From Pristiophorus japonicus (taxonomy: Eukaryota), in contig NW_027253150.1 in assembly GCF_044704955.1 (NCBI RefSeq), positions 186,001 to 250,000 on the forward strand: a stretch of 64,000 nucleotides of DNA. Direction: 5' to 3'. Under the pieces are notes generated by a model, which worked only from the letters and a program-made list of their open reading frames with translations, was not told the DNA's origin and made no database searches. The translations under genes and the position numbers were made by a program. Positions 12,780 through 25,800 of the stretch are shown here, one piece after another. Numbering within the stretch: position 1 is the first letter of the stretch; every line of letters begins with the position of its first letter.

Positions 12780-13479
12780 AAGAATGTTCCATAGAAACTA
12801 GAATTGTCTCTGCTGAATTTCGATCCTGCACTTCCAGTGATGACTTTTGTAAACTCTTTTTGCAGGGTGTTAGAAGGGGAGGATTTGAAGGAGGGAAACT
12901 CAAACTAAACGTCACGTCAAGATCAGATAGAGTCACTCAATTCATCAGGACTTGAATATCATCGGCCTTTGAATGTGGAAGGAGAAATGTTTTTTTGTTT
13001 TGTCTGTGGGGAAAGATTACAAACATCAGTGTGACTGAAAAAGCAGAGACACAAACACCCGATTGAGAGTGTTTTAGTGCACTGATTGTGGAAAGAGCTT
13101 TAACCAGTTACACAGCCTGAAAAACCATCGTACCATTCACAGCGGGGAAAACTGTAAACGTGTTGTGTGTGGAGGAGGCTTCAACTGATCATCCAACCTG
13201 GAGAGACAGAACCACACCCGCACCACGGAGAAACCGTGGAAATGTGGGGACTGTGGGAAGGGATTTAGCTACCCATCTGCACTGCAAATTCATCAACACA
13301 GTCACACTGGGGAGAGGCCGTTCACCTGCCCCGTGTGTGGGAAGGGATTCACTCGGTCATCCGACCTGCTGATACACCAGCGAGTTCACACTGGGGAGAG
13401 GCCATTTATCTGCCCCGTGTGTGGGAAGCGATTCACTCGGTCATTCCACCTGCTGGCACACCAGCAAGTTCACAAGTGA
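12780..13479 (+). pseudogene. C2H2 zinc-finger exon, degraded (unit 1)
   Basis: Three fingers ([45 protein letters not shown]). The MEKPWKC start codon seen in unit 2 is ACG here; upstream fingers carry stops. Confidence 0.85.
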
Positions 13480-14264
13480 CTGCAGGGGTTGGATTCTGCT
13501 GTTATTGCAGCTGTTAATCACATCCTGACTGAATCGTGTCCATTCCGACAGTTGAAGTTTGTTTCTGATGATAATAACCCCTATAACTGGGCTGGAATAT
13601 AATATTTAGATGTTTCAATAACAGAGTGTGTCGACATTTAATGTTCCAAGATAAGAGGAGACTAATTGATGTCCTGTTACTGACTGCACCATTTTGGGGC
13701 CTTTTCTCCTTTCTAACTCTGGATTATTTCAGTTCTCATACCTTCGGTTACTCTCGTGGACAAATGCCAGTTTCCCATACCTTCCAGAGTGCCTCTCCTA
13801 GCCTTGGTATTGTGGGAAGGTGTCGATAACATGCCTGGGAGCCCTGAACACAAAACCCAGTCTGTGAATCACTTTCAGATACTGGACTTAGCGTGTGCCC
13901 CACAGCATCTCTCTCACCTTCGATGTGTGAATGGAGCATCACGCCTGCAAACCTGGGTTCAATTTAAATTTGAATCCACTCAGGAAATGTATTTAAGAAA
14001 ATACAGATCACATCAAATAATTGGCAATGGTTTCGAGTCAACAAGATGAACAAGTAAATACATCCCGGCCCAAGATTCCACTCTACATTCACAGGAGAAA
14101 GTCTGTTATCAAACTCCTCTAGTAGACAGAATAGAGAACAATGCTAACTCTAAGAATATCTAGCATCTGTTGTAAATATCTTTCAAATCCCGACTGATAC
14201 AATCTGGCGTTTTCCTTTCAGTTGAAGTGAATGGAAGATGAGAGGGGTATTGGCATCGGCAATT

Positions 14265-14600
14265 CGGTTAATTCAGCTTCTGAAAGGTGTTCATGTTTAG
14301 TTCATTCCATATCGGCGAAAATGTGGTTGTTATCATTAAAGAGAGATTTCATTGAGCAACAGTTGGTGTTTGCAACCAACTGTCTGAGGATATTTTCATC
14401 ATAGAATGTTTAGATTAGAAATATTATGTTAGAATAAGAAAAGTTCAGAGACTAGTGGTTTGTGCTTGTCACAGGAAGACCAGTGCTTCCAACATTGTTG
14501 ATGAATGTTGAAGAAAATGCAGACTTGTGTCTCTGGACTATGACGTAGCCAAAGACTACCATATCAGGCAATGCCAGTTCCAGTTGGATAAGAGGTTGAT
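14265..14600 (+). repeat. Diverged direct repeat, copy 1 (LTR-like/ERV 3' end)
   Basis: Colinear similarity to 18585-18900. Confidence 0.7.
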
Positions 14601-14749
14601 GGCACAGCAAAAGATCCAGCAGTTAAAACAAAATTATCTCCAGTTATCTGCAGACATCGAATGTCGCAGCATGCTGACAAAGTTGGACTTAAGAATTTAA
14701 AGTATTGAGTTAAATTATTGGGATTGATTGTAATAGAATTGAATTGTTA

Positions 14750-15330
14750 TAGAATGGAAAAGTGGTGAAGTTATGCTAAACTTGTATTGAACCTTGGTTC
14801 GACTTTGAGTGTGCAATTCTGGTCACCATATTATAAAAAGGATATGGAGGCACTGGAGAGGGTGCAGAGAAGATTTACAAGGATGATACCAGAAAGGTGA
14901 CCGTATACCTATCGGGAAAGGATGGACAGGCCGGGTCTCTCTTCTCTTGAAAAAAGAAGGCTGAGGGGTGACCTAAAATGATGAAAGGTTTTGATAGAGA
15001 AGATACAGTGTTTCCACTTGTGGGGACCAGCATAATTAGAGGCCATCAACATAAGATAGTCACCAAGAAATGAAATAGAGAATTCAGAAGAAATCTCTAC
15101 CCAGAGAGTGGTGAGAATGTGCAACTCGCTGCCACAGGGAGGGATTGAAGCGTATAGTATCGATGCATTTAAGGGGAGGCTAGAGAAACATATGAGGGAA
15201 AAGGGAATCGAGGGTTATGTGGATATAGTTAGATGAGGAAAGAAGGGAGGAGGCTCGAGTGGAGCATAAACGCCGGCATGGACTGGTTGGGCCGAATGGC
15301 CTGTTTCTGTGTCCTATATCCGATGTAATC
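14750..15330 (+). mobile_element. CR1 LINE 3' fragment
   Basis: ALERVQRRFTRMIP and RVVRMCNSLP; ggccgaatggcctgtttctgtg tail. Confidence 0.85.
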
Positions 15331-15449
15331 CTATTGTCCAAGTCACACTGCTCGAAGGGGAAGATAAATGACTTGCATCCAAACGCAATTGTTACTTTTG
15401 TCTTCTTTGTAAAATGACAAAGTCTGGGCATAATTTGTTTGTGAAATTA

Positions 15450-18400
15450 AAACTGATGTTATATATATATATTGCTAAGCGTCGCTGGTCAAACACATGG
15501 GAAGGAAAATTTAGCTGAAAATTGAGATAATTAAGTTTTATTTTTGAAAAAGTCCCGTCTCTGTGGTTCTGTCCAAACTATGTGGTCAGAAATAAGTTTT
15601 TTGGGGCGACTGTTATGCTAAAGGTAACTAACACCCTTCCTCGTGGCATATTTTGGAGAATAAAAGGTCCAAGAAGAGGTTCGGTTAAATAAAATTAAAC
15701 AAAGAAACTGGGTCAAAACTTGGACCAAGTGGGAATGTTTGATCGATGTTTAAAGACAGTATGATAATATTGTATGCGACAGTAAAGTTCCTCTGGGCTC
15801 ATGAATGAAATGGTGAACACTGTATAAAATGTAATGAGAGGAAATGAGTGAGGATATAAGAGGAAAACAGGAAAGTTACACCTCCAAATAGAAATGTTTC
15901 TTCACTAATTGTTCCCGGGTGAATTGTCATAAATCACCTGGGTACAATCTTGTGTTAATGTAAATTCTTGTTAAAGTCAGGGAAGTGTAGGAAATTGCTA
16001 AGATTTCTCTGAGATATTTGTGTCATTGCCTACACTGAACAATAAGAAAACTGAATTTGATCGCCTGGCCCCTACCCGAGACATCGGGACCATGCAGAGG
16101 GAGATGAGCAAAGATCTTCAGACACCCCACGATCTTTTGATAAGATCACCTCAAATGGCTTCGGTCAGATGTCAAATGTGGCATGATATTGGGATACCGC
16201 TGCATGTGTGTGTGAACGAGTCTCAGGCAAGCTCAGTTATTGACAACAGCACAACATGAAATGGCTAATGTAGCTCAGGAGAGTGAGAGAACTTTTTAAA
16301 CCGTCAAGGCCGTGACACGTTCTCCATAGAGAAACCGACTTTGAAATAATCAGGATGGAGTTAAACACACTGCTACCTGTCAGAGGCATTAGAATTAACA
16401 GGAGCGAGAATGCTGATCAAATTCGGATTTCCTTACAGCTAGAATGGTTGTCAGTTTCAAGGCCTCCACTAAGTACTGAACAAAGAAAGCTTGTAGAGAG
16501 GCTAAAAATAAAAAAAGTCAGCCTGTTTCTGTCTGGTCAAGGTGGCCATTGCTGTGTACAGATCAGCTACAAGCTGAAGGTGGGAGATAAGGAGGCCAGA
16601 CCTTACAGGCTCCATAACAAAACATGGATCCAAGTGAGAGGCGATCTCCAGGAGGAAGCAGAGGACCTCAAAAGGGTTAGTTTTGGAATCCGTGATAAAC
16701 CGAGGTATAGATCCTCAAAAGCATAATTTTGGTGGTAATAGAGAAAGAACCCTAAAGCCTGCTCCTTGGGAAGATTGGGAGACCAGGAAGACTCCCCTGA
16801 ACCAGGTGGGTTGGGACACATCCTGACCCGAAACACTAAATTAATAGTGTTCACTTAAAGAGTTAGTATCACACCAGGACAATAAGTAATTCAAGACCAT
16901 AATAAAATACTTCAATACAAACTTAAAATGTAATGACGGCAGGTTATTTTAAAGTAAGAAATGTCGTATGTTGATCAGTAATGTTTACTATTGGTTTGCC
17001 AAGTACAAACGCTGATAGTGATCATCATATGTGGGACTTAAATAAAATGACATCCCACCTCACAAAAAGAACTCGACCTGTCCCATCCAGTAAAAGAACC
17101 CACATGTAATGGACTAGAAGTAACTGAATCAGGAAATGTATTATATAACAATGTGTGTTTTTAAATTGTTCATTGAAATCAAAAGATTTAAACATGAGCT
17201 TGAATGTATCAACTAGATTATGTGAAGGGAGATATTCACAATTAATAGACAAAATGGGAAGAGAAGTAGTAAAGGATGTGTTATAAAGAAAAGAAAACAG
17301 GAACCAAGGGATGAGGAAGATGGGGAACACAAGGAGAATCAGTTTAAATCACAAGGAAAGTGAGAGCTGACAGGATAGCTCAGAATATGAGCCACAGCAA
17401 GGTTAGCAGGAGTGAACAGAATAGATATAGAAAGTGAATGGGAACATGATGTGGCTTACTGGAGGTATCATGTGTAGCCTCTGACATTTATGATGAATGT
17501 AGTGCAGAAGGGACTGGACAAGAGAGAGAGTAATCAAATCCCTTTGTTTATTCATGAAGAACAACTGAGAAAATGTTTTAGGGGAACCAAGTCATATGCT
17601 TTGATGTGATGCAGCCAATAGGAATGGGGATTTTGTCCCCGAGGGAAGGAGAAAGAAGTGAAGATATTAGACCAGTGGGACTGCTCTTGTTTTTGCTGAG
17701 GAAAAATGTAAATGAAACGAAACCTTGGACGGTGTATCGGGTATAACCGTTTGCAAGGCTGGAAGACTGAGCTAGGTCCGATCCATAAACAGTATGAGGA
17801 ATATCCAAGATATCTGATTAAGAAGGGAGTAACTTGGATAGCACCAGATATGCAGTGTTGTACTCTGAAAGGGACAACATGGGTTTGTAGATGTTCCAGC
17901 TTGTGGGTTCACCCTCGACAAGGAATCTCCAGAATGCCAGATTGAAATAAATAAATGGGGCGAAGGCCAAACTAATACCATGTACAAAAGGAAAAGGACA
18001 GTATTGTGTGACTACTACTGTCACGTATATGACTGTGGGTTCAACCCGATGCCCCATACTAGAACATCACTTTAGCTTGATTCCACCGAGGAAAACATGT
18101 ATCGGTGCTAAACATTGATTCTGGCACATCATCATAACGCAACTTATCTGCAGACAAGGCTGCCTCTGGAGGATGAAGCCATTCAAGTCATTCCACATAT
18201 AGGACACTATATTCTCCCTGTTTCTGGCTTTAAAGCTCATAATTCTGCGAATTAGGTCATCCCAGAAACATACAGTGCAAATCATAGAGGAAGAGAGAGA
18301 CAGAGCAGGCAATCCCAAGACTTGAGAATCAGGAATGGTGGAAAGTAGTATCTAGTTAGATTGTTCCAGCTGGGATTGGTGATAGCACGGATCATAGCTT

Positions 18401-18950
18401 CAGGGATTATGGTCATTGCATTATGCTGTAAGGAAGTCAATAAGGGACATTGAAAATATAAGGGAAGGGAAGGACGCTGAGAGGAAACTAGGATTAGTAA
18501 AGACAAAGAAGGATATAAAACACTTTGTCAACAGGTAATGTAACCCATAAAAAAACCTGTGGGACAGGTTGACATGTGGACCCTGGTTAATTCAGCTTCT
18601 GAAAGGGGTTTATGTTTCATTCATTCAAAAGAGGGAAAATGTGGTTCGTATTATTAGGGAGAGAGTGACAGATTTCACTTAGCAACAGCTGGTGTTTTGC
18701 GATCAACCAGGCTTCGATATTCATAATAGAATGGATTAGAAATATTGTTTGGATAAGAAAAGTCCAGAACTAGTGGTTTATGATCACCATAGCAGGCCAC
18801 AATGCTTCTAAATGTGTTGCTGATGTAAACTTGTGTCTCTGGACGATGCAGTAGCCAGAGACTACCATATTTGGCAAAGCCGGCTCCAGTTTGATAAGAA
18901 AATAGTCTATAAATGTAAGCTTTTTCCTTTGTTCGTTAGCGTGGAGATAC
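15450..18950 (+). mobile_element. Old decayed endogenous retrovirus-like element with env remnant
   Basis: Cys-rich YPRYLIKKGVTWIAPDMQCCTLKGTTWVCRC near 17800-17895; WW followed by hydrophobic LFQLGLVIARIIASGIMVIALCCK near 18335-18432; purine tract aaaagagggaaaa at 18627-18639 followed by TG. Confidence 0.5.
18585..18900 (+). repeat. Diverged direct repeat, copy 2 (PPT and LTR start at 18640)
   Basis: Similar to 14265-14600; tataaat near 18908. Confidence 0.7.
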
Positions 18951-21067
18951 CCATGCCTGGTTACACGTGCTCCATCTGTGACTATACTCCAGTTGTAAAT
19001 TGATTAGAAACAGAAGATTGAATTCGTTACGACTCAAGTGAACAAACAGAAGTTCGTTTTAAATCAACACTTGGTTCTTTTTTTGAAGTTTGGAAATTTA
19101 AAACTTCCTTAGGAATTAAAAATCCGTCAAAACAGCTGAAATCATTCATAAAGCTATCATTATTAACCTTGAATAAAACATAGCTTAGTTAATTTCAATA
19201 GCTCCTATTTAATTCGGAACAATATTTTATTAACTTAAAACAATACAGAACAGATAAAATAAAACAAAGTAGCACATGCTTACAGAACACAGTAAATTAC
19301 ATCATTGTTACCTTCAGGTGTTTTTCCAAATGACTAAAAATACTGAATATGAGTGGAGAAACATTGATTTAATTTATTTAAATGTGAAAAAACAAAGTGC
19401 TTTGAGAAATTTCAAACCAAGTATCAGGCACATGGCAACCGTAACTTCAAGGCTGAAGTTTATCTTTTGTAAAACAAACTCGCCTGACTTTCAGTGTTGC
19501 ACAGCTTGCCCCAGTCAAAATATACCAACAGCGTCTTTAACTTCAAAATGTAAATCATAAAGATCCCCTGCTACTAGTTCCACAATCTGAATTGAAATGA
19601 ACATACTGAACATATCCACACTTCCTTAAAACTCCCAACATCCAAGACAACAAAGGGTTAAACGGCTTTTAGCTCCATGCAGAGAAAAGTGGGTGAAGCT
19701 AAAACAAACATAACAGACGCTTTTTTCAAAGACAGACTTTCAGACAAAAGGAATACTGTAAATTCTTAAACATTCATGCACAGGAAAACTTCCACTCTAA
19801 TACAATTCACACAAACTGAAATTCCAGCATCCTTTAAGGTTCCTTTCACTCAGTAATCTTGTGCTTTATTTTTCTCGGCACAGAAACTGACAGATTCAGT
19901 GTTGGTTTCAACTTTAAGTTTCCTTTTTTCGCCTTTTAAATTGTCATCTGAGCAACTTATTCCCTCATTCTGTTTTTTCCTTCCTTTGCTGAGTTCTCGG
20001 CTGGGTTAACTTGCAGCTTAGATCTTTTTCCCTCTCTGTCTCGCCTGTTCCTTATGCTTCTCCTCTCTCACCTGTTAATTTCTCAAGTCTGTGCGCAGAG
20101 GTGGGTTGCATAAGCCAATATAAGATTCCCTTTGTCAAATTGGGACTTGCCCTCGTCAATTTGACTCTGGACCCAATCGACCGCTTTCGGTACGAGTCAC
20201 CTTGTGGACTCGCGAGGAATGATGGCAAGTGAGTGGTAGGGAGCAGCTTCCCATGTTCATTGTCCCTGGCACGTTCTGTTAGGTTAGCCATGCTTAGCAA
20301 ACCCATCGCTCAACTACTGGTAGGAGATTAGTCATCCATCTCCCAGAGATTCTCCATCCTGGATTGATAGCCTGGCCAAGTAAAACTAATTGGCCACAGA
20401 TCTCCGGACCCCAGTTCCACTGAACAAAATGTTGATTAATTACTATGCGTCAAGTCAATTTGTTGAGTTTTTGGGTCTGTGCCAATTAACCCTTTCACGC
20501 CTAAATTCAGAAAGCTTTGACTTAACTCATATTGGTGACAATAATTATATTTTATTCAGTGAAATTGAGACACTACTATTCACCAAAACCCTCATCCCAG
20601 CTCCTCTTGCTCCTCTGCTCTCCAACCATCTTCATCCCAACTCGTTTCACCCTTATTCTCCACCCTCACTTACCCCTCCTCTTAAACCCCTCTCATCTTC
20701 CATTCATTTCAATTGAAAGGAAACCGAGAGATTGTACCAGTCAGGATTTGAAAGATATTTACAACAGATTCTACAGGTTCTTAAACTTATGGTCTTCCTA
20801 TATTCTGTTCACGTGATCACTTAGAAAACAGACATTCTCCTGTGAATACAGAGCTGGACGATTGGGCTTTGATGTGTTTACTTGTTCATCTTGGTGACTC
20901 TAAAGCTTTGCCAATTAATTAATTAATTGATGTAATCGGTTTACTTGTTCATCTTTTGTTAAATACATTTCCTGAGTGGATTCAAATTAAAATTAAAACC
21001 AGGTTTGCAGCCATGATGCTCCATTCACACATCGAAGGTGAGCGAGATGCTGTGGGGCACACGCTAA

Positions 21068-21670
21068 GTTCAGCAGCAGAAAGCCTCTCCCCAGTGTGAA
21101 ATCGCTGATATGTCAGCAGGTGGGATGACCAAGTGAATCCCTTCCCCCGGTGTGACTGCGCTGATGAATATCCAGGTTAGATGGGGAACTAAATCCCCTC
21201 CTACAGTCCACACATTTCCACGGTTTCTCCATGGTGCAGGTATCCTTGTGTCTCTCCAGGTTGGATGATCAGTTGAAGCCTGGTCCACACACACCACGTG
21301 TACGGTTCTCCCAGCTGTGAATGGTAAAATGTTTTTTCAGGCTGTGTAACTGGTTAAAGCTCTTTCCACAGTCAGTGCACTGGAACACTCACTTGGGTGT
21401 CTGTGACTCGGTGCTTCTCCAGTCACACTGATGTTTGAAATTTTTCCCACAGGCAGAACAGACAAATATTTCTCCTTCTATATTGAAAGGCCGATGATAT
21501 TCAGGTCCTGAGGAATCAAGTGACTCCGTCAGATCTTGGTGTGATGTTTGGTTTGAGTTTTCCGTCTCCAAATCCTTTGAATACCCTGTAAAAGGAGTTT
21601 ACAGATCTCATCACCATAAATACAGGAAAAACATTCAAAACAGTAAATTCTAGTTTCGATGGAACATTTT
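21068..21670 (-). pseudogene. C2H2 zinc-finger exon, degraded by deletions (unit 2)
   Basis: Paralog of 12780-13479 in inverted orientation; [21 protein letters not shown], then an internal deletion. Confidence 0.85.
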
Positions 21671-21779
21671 TTCTTCTCTTGCTCCTCCAAAGCTGTAAAT
21701 CGCTGCCTCCTCCCTGTGCTGAAATCCAAACACATCGCACGCCTCAAGACATTTTATCCTCAACTCCCAGTTTTCCCCA

Positions 21780-21878
21780 GCAACTCTGGCTGGGTTCAGT
21801 TCTACACTCACTGGTTCACCTTCCTCTCCTCCCCTGATGGTGCTGACTCTGGCTGGGTTCACTTCTATACTCACTGGG
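21780..21878 (-). repeat. Two copies of the gtgagtgtagaactgaacccagccagag motif upstream of the ZNF exon
   Basis: Same motif as the arrays at 29560-30025 and 34640-35115. Confidence 0.8.
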
Positions 21879-22049
21879 ACCCTGAAGACCCAAGCACTCT
21901 GTGTTCATTTACAAAGATGGCCACACATGCGCTCTGCAGCTCGATGAACAGCGATAGCGATGCACAAACTTGCGGCGTTCCTTTACAAAGGCCGCCAACC
22001 TGGGCCTGTTCCCGTGAAATGTCCCGGAGCTGCAAACGTGAGAGCTCTA

Positions 22050-22835
22050 GGTTCTTAGTCAGGGTTTACCACCAACACCAGTTACAAATGGGTATGATCT
22101 GATAGCCATTACAGAGACGTGGTTGCAAGGTGATCAAGACTGAGAACTTAACATTTCAGGGTACTTGACAATCCGGAGGGACAGACAGAAAAGAAAAGGA
22201 GGTGGGGTAGCTCTGATGATAAAGGATGGAATCACTGCCACAGTGAGAAACGATATTGGCTCAAATGATCAGGATGTTGAAACAGTTTTAGTTACCAACG
22301 GATGGCTATCTTTTCTCTTATGCGCTTTCCTCCTCACTGGGATATATTTTTCTTGAGAGTTGTGAAATATCTCCTTAAATGTACACCAACCGTCCTACAC
22401 TTTAATCTATTTTCACAGCCCACTTTAGCCAACTCAGCCCTCACCCCTTCATAGTCTCCTTTATTTAAGCCGAGTATGCTGGTTAGAGATCCTCCATCTG
22501 AATTTGAAATTGAATCATGCTACTCATTCCAACGGGATCCTTTACAAGGAGATTGTTTATTAATCCTGTCTCATTACACAGGACCATATCTAAGATAGCC
22601 TGCCCCCTTGTTGGTTCCATTGCATACTGTTCAAGGAACCCATCCATTATGCACTCTATGAACTCTTTCTCAAGCCTACCTGACCAATTTGATTTGTCCA
22701 ATCAATATGGAGGTTAAAATCAACTATGATTATTGCTGTTCCCTTTTTGCAAGCCCCCACTATTTCCTGATTTATACTTCGACCAACAGAGTTGCTACTG
22801 TTCGGGAGCTTATAGACTACACCCACCAAGTGACT
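22050..22835. mobile_element. CR1 endonuclease fragments: 22050-22290 (+) and 22290-22835 (-), internal inversion
   Basis: Plus piece ends at QDVETV; minus piece starts at KKSL..VVY, the expected continuation. Confidence 0.75.
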
Positions 22836-22839
22836 TTTT

Positions 22840-25800
22840 AAGAATTAGGAACAGGAGTAGGCCATCTGGCCCCTCGAGCCTGCTCCGCCACTCAACAAGA
22901 TTATGGCTGATCTGGCCGTGGACTCAGCTCCACTTACCCACCCGCTCCCCATAACCCTTAATTCCCTTATTGGTTAAAAATCTATCTGTGACTTGAATAA
23001 ATTCAATGAGCTAGCCTCAACTGCTTCCTTGGGCAGAGAATTTCACAGATTCACAACCCTGTCGGAGAAGAAATTCCTTCTCAACTCGGTTTTAAATTGG
23101 CTCCCCCGTATTTTGAGGCTGTGCCCCCTAGTTCTAGTCTCCCTGACCAGTGGAAACAACCTCTCTGCCTCTATCTTGTCTATCCCTTTCATTATTTTAA
23201 ATGTTTCTATCAGATCACCCCTCATCCTTCTGAACTCCAACGAGTAAAGACCCAGTCTACTCAATCTATCATCATAAGGTAACCCCCTCATCTCCAGAAT
23301 CAGCCTCATGAATCGTCTCTGTACCCCCTCCAAAACCAGTACATCCTTCCGTAACTAAGGTGACCAAAACTGCACGCAGTACTCCAGGTGCGGCCTCAGC
23401 AATATCCTGTACAGTTGCAGCAGCACCTCACTGCTTTTGTACTCCATCCCTCTCGCAATGAAGGCCAACATTCCATTCGCCTTCCTGATTACCTGCTGCA
23501 CCTGCAAACTAACTTTTTGAGTTTCATGCACAAGGACCCCCAGGTCCCTCTGCACCACAGCATCTTGTAATTTCTGCCCATTCAAATAATATTCCCTTTT
23601 ACTGTTTTTTTTTTCCCCAAGGTGGATGACCTCACATTTTCCGACATTGTATTCCATTTGCCAAACCTTAGCCCATTCGCTTAACCTATCTCAATCTCTT
23701 TGCAGCCTCTCTGCGTCCGCTACACAACCCGCTTTCCCACTAATCTTTGTGTCATCTGCAAAATTTTTTACACTACACTCTGTCCCTTCTTCCAGATCAT
23801 CTATGTATATTGTACACAGTTGTGGTCCCAGCACCGATCCCTGTGGCACACCACTAACCACCGATTTCCAACCCGAAAAGGACCCATTTATCCCGATTCT
23901 CTGCTTTCTGTTAGCCAGCCAATTCTCTATCCATGTTAATACATTTCCTCTGACTCCGCGTACCTTTATCTTCTGCAGTAACCTTTTGTGTGGCACCTTA
24001 TCAAATGCCTTTTGGAAATCTAAATACACCACATCCATCGGTACACCTCTATCCACCATGCTCGTTATATCCTCAAAGAATTCCAGTAAATTAGTTAAAC
24101 ATGATTTCTCCTTCATAAATCCATGTTGCGTCTGCTTGATTGCACAATTCCGATCTAAATGTCCCCCTATTTCTTCCTTAATGATAGCTTCAAGAATTTT
24201 CCCCACTACAGATGTTAAACTAACCGGCCTATAGTGACCTGCCTTTTGTTTGCCCCCTTTTTTAAACAGAGGCGTTACATTAGCTGCTTTCCAATCCGCT
24301 GGTACCTCCCCAGAGTCCAGAGAATTTTGATAGATTATAACGAATGCATCTGCTATAACTTCCGCCATCTCTTTTAATACACTGCGATGCATTTCATCAG
24401 GAACAGGGGACTTGTCTACCTTGAGATCCATCAGCCTGTCCAGCACTACCCCCCTAGTGATAGTGATTGTTTCAAGGTCCTCCCTTCCCACATTTCCGTG
24501 ACCATCAATTTTTGGCATGGTTTTTGTGTCTTCCACTGTGAAGATCGAAGCAAAATGATTGTTTAAGGTCTCAGCCATTTCCACATTTCCCATTATTAAA
24601 TCCCCGTTCTCATCTTCTAACGGACCAACATTTACTTTAGTCACTCTTTTCCGTTTTATATATTGGTAAAAGCTTTTACTATCTGTTTTTATGTTTTGCG
24701 CAAGTTTACTTTCGTAATCAATGTTTCATTTCTTTATTGCTTTCTTAGTCATTCTTTGCTGTCATTTAAAATTTTTCCAATCTTCTAGTTTCCCACTAAC
24801 CTTGGCCACCTTATACGCGTTGGTTTTTAATTTGATACTCTCCTTTATTTCCTTGGTTATCCACGGCTGATTATCCCTACTCTTCACGCCCTTCTTTTTC
24901 ACTGAAATATATTTTTGTTGAGCACTATGAAAGAGCTCCTCAAAAGTCCTCCACTGTTCCTCAATTGTGCTACCGTTTAGTCTGTGTTCCCAGTCTATTT
25001 TACCCAACTCTGCCCTCATCCCACTATAGTCCCCTTTGTTTAAGCATAGTATGCTCCTTTGAGTCACTACTTCTTCACCCTCAATCTGTATTATAAATTG
25101 AACCATACTGTGAACACTCATTCCAAGAGGATCATTTACTGGGAGATAATTTATTATTCCTGTCTTATTACACAGGACCAGATGTAAGATAGCTTGCTCC
25201 CTTGTTGCTTCTCTAACATACTGTTCGAAGAAACAATCCCATATGCATTCTATGAATTCCTCCTCAAGGCTACCCCATGCGAATTGATTTGACCAATGGA
25301 TATGTGGGTTAATATCCCCCATGATTACTGCCGTTCCTTTTTCACATGCCTCCATTATTCCCTTGCTTGTTGTCCGCCCCACCGTGAAGTTATTATTTGG
25401 GGACCTATAAATACGCCCACCAGTGACTTTTTTCCCTTACTATCTCTAATCTCCACCCACAATGATTCAACATTTTGTTCATTAGAGCCAATATTGTCCA
25501 CACAACTGCCCTGATATCATCCTTTATTAACAGAGCTATCCCACCTCCTTTCTCTTCTTGTCTATCTTTCCGAATTGTCAGATACCCCTGTATGTTTAAT
25601 TCCCAGTCTTGGCCACCCTGCAACCACGTTTCTGTGATGGCCACCAAATCATACCCATTTGTAATGATTTGTGCCATCAACTCATTTACTTTGTTTCGAA
25701 TGCTGCGTGCGTTTAGGTAAAGCGTTTTAATACTCGTTTTTAAACCATTATTTTAAGTTTTGACCCCTCCTGCAACCCCTTTATATTCATACATATTCTC

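Noticed and set aside
24519-24540. Perfect RSS nonamer GGTTTTTGT and heptamer CACTGTG
   Set aside because: Spacer is 6 nt rather than 12 or 23, and the site lies inside CR1 ORF2
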